Below, piece after piece: positions 14,707-24,220 of a DNA stretch of 64,000 bases. The stretch's first letter is position 1; each line of letters starts with the position of its first letter. The notes under the pieces were generated by a model that was not told where the DNA came from, did not search any database, and saw only the letters and a list, made by a program, of their open reading frames with translations. Position numbers and translations under genes: made by a program. The DNA is from Tubiluchus corallicola (lineage: Eukaryota; Animalia; Priapulida). The stretch covers positions 1 to 64,000 of the forward strand of contig JAQGDQ010000253.1 of assembly GCA_030141605.1 (NCBI GenBank), in the 5' to 3' direction.

Positions 14707-15521
14707 TAATGCCCTTTAGGTAAAGTCCAGCAAATTATATCTCCAAATCTACTGTGAGGATTACTGTTAGTACTGGTGACGTGTCAAGAAGATAGAGAGT
14801 TTAAATTAAACATTAACCGAAGCTACCAAAGTTATTATAATATAAATATAGTTTATATTATCTAAACAGTTTTGTAAATGTTGGTTACATAGTAAGATAG
14901 TTTATAGATGATTAATCGTTATCAGTACCAGTTTTTCCCCGAGATTTCTTAGTCAAAATTCTATATCCGCATACGTGTAATGCTGTTGTTTTTGCGGCTA
15001 CTGCTACCGGTGATGGTAGTGGTGGCGGTTGTATTGATGCTGCTGGGGTGGTGTTGGTGTTGGTGTTAGTGTTGTTGCTACTGCTGGCGTTTTTTTTAAT
15101 ATTTTTGTTTGCTAGTGGCAATGTAGGTGGTTGTACAACGCAACCGCTATTTATTTATTGCAGCAACTGAAATTAAATGAGTCCAATGTTCATAATCTTG
15201 TTTACATTGCACTATATCACCCCACTTGTTGATCTACAAGTCTGTAATTTTATAATGTGAGAATTTATATTATGAACTTTTATAATTTCATGATTGTGTG
15301 GTTTTCGTAGACTGTTGGGGTGGTTTTGAATTGTGCTTAATAAGGTGTATAGTTATACTATCATTTATCATCTTTGACTAACCTCATTTATCATCAAATT
15401 TCTCAAAAAACTGTTTCTCGGGTGGACCAGGTATTCTCGGACTAATTTTAATTTTAAAAAATAACAAGAATCATACTTATGGTGCATCATACATCAAACA
15501 TAAGGCAGAATACTTAATACA

Positions 15522-15917
15522 ATGCGCCGTAGAACGCGTATGAAGAACAGAAGATCTGGACTTGTATTTCCTGTTGGTAGATGTCTGCGTTATATGAAAA
15601 AACAAAGCAATTCTGCTCGCTGGATTAAAAGCCAGTGGCAGAGTGGCAAATTTCAAAATGAAGTTTATGCAAGAAGAATAGGCACAACATCTGCTGTGTT
15701 CATGAGTGCTGTGTTGGAATATCTTACAGCGGAAATACTGGAATTGGCAGGAAATGCAGCAGAAAGCAACAAAAGACAACGCATTACTCCTCGACATATA
15801 CTGTTAGCCGTGCGAAATGATGCCGAGTTAGACAAGTTATTAAAAAATGTTGTGCTTCCCGGAGGCGGGGTAGTTCCCTATGTGTGCAAAGAACTTTTGC
15901 CAAAGAAAAAGCTTTAA
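15522..15917 (+). CDS. H2A: Divergent histone H2A variant, 131 aa, intronless, with loop-1 insertion
   Basis: Motifs [51 protein letters not shown]; intact ATG-to-TAA ORF; in-frame stop upstream at 15501-15503. Confidence 0.95.
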   Translation: MRRRTRMKNRRSGLVFPVGRCLRYMKKQSNSARWIKSQWQSGKFQNEVYARRIGTTSAVFMSAVLEYLTAEILELAGNAAESNKRQRITPRHILLAVRNDAELDKLLKNVVLPGGGVVPYVCKELLPKKKL

Positions 15918-16370
15918 AGAATGGTGCAATTTAGAGTAACCGCAGAATCAAATAGCTCCGAACGTTTGTCAGTGTTTCAAGAAATCGAATGGTTTAAAAG
16001 TATGCATCCGCCAAATGTTTAGTTCATACACTAAAAAACTATAATAAGATCAAACTATATTATGTAAACAAATTAAAGAAATATGTTTAATTTTCTGTGC
16101 TTATTGTGCAGCACATGCATGTAGGAGTGGCAGTCTCATCAAGCCTATTCTGCTCATCCGTGCCTATCCACTAGTTTCTGCCGTGTCTCACTTTTCTGTA
16201 ACTGAATGTGGTCAGTAATTTTAAATTTCTGTGTTTCATTTGCGTTTTTCAGTTGCTATACTTCGTATTTTGCTACCTTTAGCTAGTGTGCTATCTTTAT
16301 GTGTTAATAATGTAAAAATCTTTCCCGAAAACTATTATTAGTTATTTTCTATAATCTTCTTTCTTTCATT

Positions 16371-16410
16371 CGTCTGAAGATAAACTATTGTGATAGTTCG
16401 AAACGTCAAG
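16371..16410 (+). ncRNA. Minimal type-I hammerhead ribozyme-like motif (Penelope-type), slightly degenerate
   Basis: CTGAAGA (16374-16380), stem II AACTAT-tgtg-ATAGTT, then CGAAACGTC (palindromic ACGT stem III, GUC cleavage triplet); mismatches at the base of stem II and in stem I. Confidence 0.6.
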
Positions 16411-17154
16411 TCTTTTTTTCATTTCTTAATTGTGGGAGTAGTTTTTCATTAATTGTTCACTGAGTTCATAAATTTAATTACATAACTAAGAAGGTTGATA
16501 TAGGTCGTTCATCTCTCGTCGATTCCTTTGCCTTATATATATATATTTATATATATATATAAACGTATTCATTTACCGCGAACTCAAACTGAGGAAATCA
16601 TTATTCTGTCAGAAAACTGTTGGTTGTTAAAATATTTGAAGCTGCTTGATATTTGCAAAAGTGATTGCGGATTCATGTTTCACTGTGGCTGTGAGCACCG
16701 TCCTATGCAGGCATATGAATTTGGCTGGCGCAATCATAGATTTTAGCAAAGAACCTTAAATTTTCATAATAAAATGATCGTAAACGCACACATAACACAG
16801 AATTGAAAAGCCATGGCCAAATTTGCATTTGCTTTGAAGTTATTACAATACTAAATCGGTGAAATAATTTAACACGGCACATGTCTTAGTCTGCTCGTTT
16901 AATGCAAGGGGGAGTTCATGTTCAGCCTGTTGTTGAAACAAGTGTCCTACAAGTTGTAGGACAAGCAGACAAAATTATTATTTATTTAAATGTCTAAACA
17001 TAACAATTGGTGTATAATACGAAAATACTAGAATTTTGGAAAAATTGAAATCTTCGGCCAGTTTTTTATACAATTAGATGCACTGCAACTCCGAATTCAG
17101 CATTCAAAAACTACTTAACGATGTTATATGAAGCGAGATCAGAATCTGGCTCAC

Positions 17155-17184
17155 CAAGGCTATGCCAATGAAGTCATTGTCCAT
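17155..17184 (-). CDS. Candidate alternative first coding exon (MDNDFIGIAL|), unidentified gene
   Basis: ATG, 10 codons, phase-0 donor TTG|GTGAGC. Confidence 0.3.
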
Positions 17185-17240
17185 GCCAATATGTCATAGC
17201 GTCCATACATTTTCAGTGTTATCGTTAGACAAGCATTTAA

Positions 17241-17882
17241 AGGAAAACCGGACTCAATTTTAAACTGTAGAATCTTAAACTGTCAAAATAATCCACTCTT
17301 TAAAATATTGAAATGAAACGTATTATTTTTTAAAATGACTTGCGTCAAAGAATTAATACCACACAAACACAATTTCACATTCGCGCCACTACTTTTTCGC
17401 TATTACATGCATTTCTCTTTTCGCTAGTTAGACGGGAACTAGCGCCTGCATTTCGGAAACGCGTTGCACAAAAAACAGGTGCTGTACCTCTCAGTTCAGA
17501 TGTGTTAGTTTGTGATGAACTACAAACGTTTGACAGCTGATGCATGAGCACAGCGGCAAATTTGAAATTTGAATTTTTGTGTTAAAAGTTGCCTAGTTTT
17601 AGTACAACACATTGAATGTCTGACACTATATACACTATAGTAGTTCTGTACTTCAATTTTTGCTTTCGCAAACGCGTGTAACACAGTCGTGGAATAGTTT
17701 TTGCTTTTGAAAATTGGTAGTTTGTGATGTCATCAATAGTTGGGTCGCTCGACGTTAATTAAGTTTTTAATCTATTATTTAACTATCAGAAACGCTTTTG
17801 CAGTATTAATTGTGTTAAAATGAATACTTTTTGTCGGAATTAAAAATGGGTCGTAGTATATGAAAGAGCATACTGTCTTCCT
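17241..17882. mobile_element. Kolobok-like MITE, 642 bp
   Basis: TTAA flanks (17237-17240, 17883-17886); termini AGGAAAACCG / CTGTCTTCCT (AGG...CCT ends). Confidence 0.72.
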
Positions 17883-18271
17883 TTAACAGGTTGCATAGTT
17901 TGTCGTTTTTGACAACTAGCTAGAAACTCAGTGAATTTCAATCGCCGTCTGACTATAGGTTTTGAATCTCTGTGAAAACATCGCACTTCAAATTGCTAAC
18001 TAGTTTTTTTTCTTGGTGGAAACAATTGACAATATCAAGCTTTGCAACCAAGTATAACATGCTAAAGTTTGTTGCCGTGTTCTCTTGTACGGTTGTTAAA
18101 ACTATATTATATATTATATATGTATTTGTGTTTTACTGATATTTCATGTACAGTTTATTTACTATTAACTACCAGTTTTACTGGTGTTTTAACTACCGTT
18201 TATTTACTATTAACTACCAGTGATTGACGTTTTTACACACTGTAACACATGTGAGCCATTCAAGCATTACT

Positions 18272-18385
18272 GCGCTCCAAAGTGTTGCACCACATAGTGA
18301 TTGAACCACACGGCAGTTGCACTGTATTGTGGTTGCACCACATGATAGTTGCACCTCAACGTAAGAGCACCACTCGGTGGTTGAT
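18272..18385. repeat. Degenerate ~16-bp tandem repeat (GTTGCACCACA core)
   Basis: About 6 diverged units; resembles subterminal arrays of non-autonomous DNA transposons. Confidence 0.6.
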
Positions 18386-18779
18386 CAGTTTATACTTGGA
18401 ACTTATAATTCATTTTTGCCTAAATTCTGTAAGTACAGATAATGTCACAATACAGATGGCCAATAAGAAATCTGAATCTGAACAACACAGCAGAGTTCCT
18501 TTAGAAATATTCCTGCAGCGCACATGAATGGAAAAGAAATGACACTATCTAGTGTGCATTTATACTGTCCAATACTATATACATCAAAAGTATTCCCTCA
18601 AATTCCCTATAATTAGGAGGTAACACTAGTAGTTATCGGCAAATAAAAAAATTCAAATTCTTGTGTTCAAAATAGCTCAGTCTTCATGATTCATGGTGTC
18701 ACCACTAGTTTTTCTAAAGACATGTAAAACTCAAGAATAAAGAAAAATGCGATTAGAAGTGCAGGTTAGTCAAGAGAGG

Positions 18780-19500
18780 TTAAGTATATATACATTATAT
18801 AATACATACATTATATACATTATATGCAAGAAACCTCGTGAGATTAAATACATTACATTATTTATATATATAATACATATATTATACATTATGCGCTGCT
18901 TATAAAAATGCATATAAGTTATATACATTACATTAATTATACGTACATAATACATTATACATTACACAACTCCTTATCAAAATATACATAACAGACGACA
19001 ATGCCGAACACATGACAGTTGATAAAGATATATTATGTTAACAAAATAAACAAAAAAAAACGCAGAAAAACACAGGTAGTCAATAGATACTGAACAAATA
19101 ATTTTTCATTTCTTTCTTAAATTTGTAAATTGAGCAAACTTGCTTTACAGTTACAGAGAGAGAATTCCCGATTTTAGGTGCAGACATTCTTATAAAGTGT
19201 TTCATTGTACCGGTTCTACAGGGCGGTATAATCTATTCATTAAATCTGGTGTTATGGACTTCGGGGTCTGCGACCTCACATAGAATTTTCTCTCAAGAAT
19301 CTGGGCTGTTTTGCTTATCAAGAGTTCTTTCGTAGGTATTCAGTTTTTACAGAATGTGAAGCCATTTGGCATTGCGGCTTCTGCCTTATTTTGTGTAATT
19401 TCTGCCTCTTCGGTACAAAAGACGCTTCGCTCCTATTGCTAGACAACTGTAGAATCGTTTAGTATTCATCACTGGTTCTGGCGAATATTGATTGGAGTTC
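18780..19500 (-). mobile_element. CR1/L2-type LINE 3' fragment (boundaries approximate)
   Basis: 19260-19080 translates VHNTRFNE*IIPPCRTGTMKHFIRMSAPKIGNSLSVTVKQVCSIYKFKKEMKNYLFSIY*, matching the HxTR...P.IWNSLP...S...FKK.LK C-terminus of CR1/L2 ORF2; followed by a T-rich, AATGT-rich tail. Confidence 0.75.
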
Positions 19501-21829
19501 TTGAGATTTTTCACTCAAAGTAAGTCAAGACGGGTAGAACGCGCTCAAGCAAGGTCTATAGTGCAGGATCAAGGTTCGATGTGATTAGTTTTTATCAATA
19601 CACAGATGGACATATGCACGTAACCGTATAGGCATAAATGCATGCAATCTATTCATTGACGAAAGAGCATAATTAATTTGAAAACAGTGAATTAACATTA
19701 ATTTTCTTAGATTGTTCTTAACCGAAACATGTTTTTGTTAATAGTAAAACATAATAGGCTTGAAGAAACGATCAATTTTCCTAATTAAACCATTTTCTAA
19801 ATGTACGTCTTTGATTTACGAAAAATCTCTTTCTTGTGGAAGATATTTTCATAGATCTCAGCAGTAGCTAGGTGCATGACAATAACATGACATGACAATC
19901 TCAAGCAGCTGCAACGATACATGAATCTAGTTGCTGGTTTTTTGTTTGTGTATCTCACGGGGTTTTAGTTTGATGAATGTCTGTTTACGTCAATTCCACC
20001 TCCTACACGATCCAATTTGACAATGCTTCAGGATTGCGAGCTGGGGGTGGGGGGATTCACGTGTTTGGTAGGATTTGTTCTTTGCAGAGGCTTGGTTTAT
20101 TGTGAAGAAACTGTATTAGAATACTTGTGGATATTCAAAGCGGCTCACTTGCTTGCTTGTTTACTTGCGAAGTCTAAGAGACCTAACCATAACACGGTTT
20201 TTGACGGTCGCAGTTATTTTTAGAAATCGGCCAAGCACAATAGTGAACGCGCACTGCATCATCCCGAATTCACAATGCATAAATACATATTCTGTGAAAT
20301 CTAGTTTCCGGATGCTATTGCAGTAGTTTTTATAAAACGTTTAAGCAACTTTTAAGCAAAACTGTAATCTTTTCAAAACGAAGTAACTTTTTCTCAACCT
20401 ATCATTTTTGATACAAAAGAGGCCATTAAATTTTACATCATCTTGAAAATTTGTCACGTATCATATAAATAAATGGGCGGTGGAACCGCCTTTCAAGGTA
20501 AATTAAAGTAAAAAACTGTTTTATAGAAAGGTTGCTTTGATAATGAACTAGATTCAGGCCAAGGCATCATCTTCATCATTAACATTAATAGTAGGTCATA
20601 GTAGGCAACACGAGAGGAGAAGTGAGCGAGAGTATTGTACAAATAATTTAGGAGAACAGGAGAAAATATTTCCGGGAAACAATAATTTATTCGAGACAAC
20701 AGTGACCCGTTGGATTTCCGTTCACGTCTGCTGACTCGCATGGAAGTTGTAACTAATTTTATTGTGCTAACTTAAATTTTAGTTAATTTTCTGGTAATTA
20801 TGGCATCTAATTATTTTGATGGGGAGGGTTATAGTGTTGGGTGCTCTTCTTTGCTCTCGCCTCATGAACTTGACTACAGTACGTGACCTTCACGAAGAAC
20901 TAGTATGATTATGGTAGCAGATCTAGGCTTCCTGCTGTTGTTTCAGACATGTAAAGTAATAATTCCGTGTAAGTAATATGATGGAGCGACAATCAATTTG
21001 CTTGGAGGCAAATGATACTTGAACAACTTAGTTAATACATCTACAAAACAGGGCACTAAGTATTATCTTCTACGTGGAATATTCAAGTAAGTGCCTTAAC
21101 TAAAAGTAAAAAAAACAGAATTTTTTTTGCTAGAAGTTAAAGAGCACGAAATAGCCACTGACGAAGACATACATCGCTAGCAAACGTAAAGCAGACTATA
21201 TTTCAGTCAATTCTCAGCAAAATTAATCACATTATTACACAGAATTGGACCATAACCATGATTTAACTGACAGATTAACTACGTCTCTAACGATCCGTTA
21301 ATGTTTTCACAATGGCAAAACTACATACATAATTAGCATGGAACAGTTAGGAAGAGGAACGCACGTGCAAGCCGTCTCACAGAATCTTATGCCAACGGGT
21401 GATCTCACTTCCGTTTCCGTGGCAGATTCGGGATCAAAGAATATCACGCCATGTTATTCAAGTGGGGGAAATCACTATGGATAGTCCCCGCGAGTCTTCC
21501 GTTCTAAGTAATGCAGTAGTACAGGAATTAATTAGACACAAGCATCAGCATCAGCAACACTTTGAAATTTCTGCATGAATGCCAATAAGCATCGACTAGA
21601 TGACATGTGCAGACGAAATTAAAAGTGACAGGCTGGACGACGCAAGTGAAAACGTACTAATGATATTCCATGTTAAACTGTCTTGCTCAAGGTTTCACTG
21701 GAATGAGTTAAGCTATACCTCGAGCAACTTCCCGATAAAATAGTGTTGACTTTCTCATCTTTCTCTTATCTGTTTTCAGAAAAATGGAGAAATGAGGTAA
21801 ATGGCATACGTATAGTCTCAGAACAAGCA

Positions 21830-22085
21830 AAAGGAGAGGGGAAGCGAAATGAAAAAAACAGGAGAAGAAAACCTGAGGCAACAAAAGACAGGAGATAAAA
21901 ACAGGAAAAACAAACCATGTGCGCGTGCTTATGTGCTTGTCTTAGAGAGAGAAAGAAAGAGAGAGAGAGACGGGGTGAGAAGAAAAGGAGAAAGAGAAGA
22001 GACAGATTGGGAGAGACGGGGGAGAGACAAAAGCAGAGAGGGAGAGAGGGGGGACAGCGACAGGGGAGGAACAAGAAGGAGGTAT
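21830..22085. repeat. GA-rich low-complexity tract
   Basis: Direct reading; explains ORFs 21766-22142. Confidence 0.85.
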
Positions 22086-22220
22086 AAATTTTAAGCAAAA
22101 CAACCCAAAGAGTGCGAATATCAAACGTCTAATTATGATCAAAACTAATGATTTTTGTCATGTTTTTACTGTTTTATTCAGCGTTATAATAACAAAATAG
22201 GTGGTTTTCATATCATCCTG

Positions 22221-22867
22221 AAACAAAACAGTAAAAACGACTGTAACAAAATGAGTACTTTTAAATTCTGGTAACACCCAAATGACTTGGTAACTATGTG
22301 CAGACTCTCTGGTTTCATGTTTTCATAATTTTCCGCTTATGCAATCACGCATCCGCTCTGCCTGATATTTCCGATAAACCTCCAGGTGGGAGCGGCACAG
22401 CATGATTCATACCTGAGTGTTAATTATTAATTAGGACCCACTTGTTTGTATCCGGCTTCGGGTGATTAAATTATTATCTGAAGCTCACAGGTGGTTAGAC
22501 CTAAGTGATGCTTCATTATTAACTTATAAATTCTTCTTAGCAGTTCTCACGTATTTTGAACATGGGCACTTTTAACCTTTTACTGCCGTGACTATTGCTC
22601 CCTCTTTAGAAATGTAAGCTTAAATGTAGACTAGGCCTAGAAAAAAATTCATTTAAATGTAGAATCATGTGCAGCACGCGCAAAATTATGTGATGATAAA
22701 ATAGTGCAAGTTGTTGTAACAAAACAGTAAACGACTGTAACAAAATGAGTAGTTTTAATTTCTGGCAACACCCAAATGACATTTACTTTGATAACCATTT
22801 GCAGACTCTTTGGTTTTGTTGTTTTGATAATTTTCGACTTATGCCATCACGCATCCACTCTACCTCA
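22221..22867 (+). repeat. Diverged ~145-bp direct repeat pair (22221-22365 and 22718-22867)
   Basis: Both copies read AACAAAACAGTAAA..CGACTGTAACAAAATGAGTA.TTTTAA.TTCTGG.AACACCCAAATGAC...GCAGACTCT.TGGTTT...TTATGC.ATCACGCATCC.CTCT. Confidence 0.88.
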
Positions 22868-24163
22868 CAGTCATAAGATAATTAAACGTTACACAGTCAT
22901 GACTAGTTTATGTGCCTCCGAAATGAAAAGGTGCGGTAAATGAGAAAACAATAGGCTCTACCAAAACTGTATTTTTAGACACTCAAGTGGCACAATTTCG
23001 ATATTTATGAAAAACGTTTTTGTTTGTGAAAGTTATATTTGCAAAAGCTACACGGCACATTATACATTTCTATAATTTCATGATTTTATCAGAATGGAGC
23101 AAATGGAGAATAAATTAGATTTATTATATTATATATATATTGATCAGAATTTTTAAGCCCGGAATATTTTCTCCGCGAATTTTAGTGGTATATAACCACC
23201 ACGTTTCCTAGGCTGCCCACGCAGGCAAACATGATCAACTTAAGCTGATCTTATCACATGAATCGCGCGTGTACCAAAAGTGTTTTGCAGCATTTGAATC
23301 AACTTCACCAAAAGTTACAACGTTTGTGGAAAAAAAATTGTTGTTTCAAAATTATATCGATGACAGTCTTGCCTTTGCTTTCTCTGCCGATCGTTGAGAA
23401 AAATGTTAGAAAGTTTTAGCATTGAAACTGTGATAAGCGCCTCGTGTAATTAATAATTTAATTTAAAATCGCGATCATTTCACGCTTGGCACTCATTTTG
23501 GTGAAAAATGGCGTCATCTGGTTACCGTGCAATATAAACAGTTATTCTGCCAAATGCTTCAGCAATCTTTTTTGGCTTATAGAGCGAACTCTATAAACTA
23601 AGTAACCCACCCGGCACCTACTGTATGCTCGCAAGTTTACATGTGTATGCGAAAGTCAACAAAAGTCTGTAAATTAATTACATTTACCCAATCAGTGTAT
23701 ACTACTGGCACATTTCATGGTATAATCCTGTGGGTTACTGCTACGTAATCACTTTAAACTTGGAAATCTTGGTCATAATTGATCAAATGCCTAATTTTTA
23801 CATAAACACATTTAAATGCAACAGTAAAATAACTGAACTTATGAGTGAACTGTAGAAATTTCTCAACGAGTACCTTCATCACAGGTTGCCTTTACAGCCT
23901 TCACGCTGCCCAGCAGACACCAGTTACGTCATTTTGTTCAAATATGCCGGCAGCGACGTTCGCTTGGCAGGAGATAAAAAATATTTAAATTTCTTTTACA
24001 TTTTAAGCAGAGCATTCTATGCGCATATATTGTTTGGTGCTACCAATATTTTTAATTATGTATTAAAATGCAATAAATGTTGTTCGAGGGTTGGTTCTAC
24101 CTTTAATTAAAATACTCTTCATATGCCAGGGCCTTTACATGATCTCACAGTTAAGCTGCTAAC

Positions 24164-24220
24164 CTTTTTGATTTTTCCGTTGTTTCCATTTGGCCTCCAC
24201 ATCATCACCTGAGCACTCAT
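24164..24220 (-). CDS. Candidate alternative first coding exon (MSAQVMMWRPNGNNGKIKK|)
   Basis: ATG, 19 codons, phase-0 donor AAG|GTTAGC. An alternative phase-1 internal-exon reading (AYQDECSGDDVEAKWKQRKNQK) is also open. Confidence 0.3.

Noticed and set aside
15603-15665. L1 insertion as an unspliced intron
   Set aside because: The only GT...AG spans inside it are under 30 nt and not frame-preserving; there is no polypyrimidine tract.
15477-15797. 106-aa minus-strand ORF
   Set aside because: Antisense shadow of the H2A gene.
18272-18385. Short repeat arrays (also 41840-41965) as CRISPR
   Set aside because: Eukaryotic context, 15-16-bp contiguous degenerate units, no unique spacers and no cas genes.
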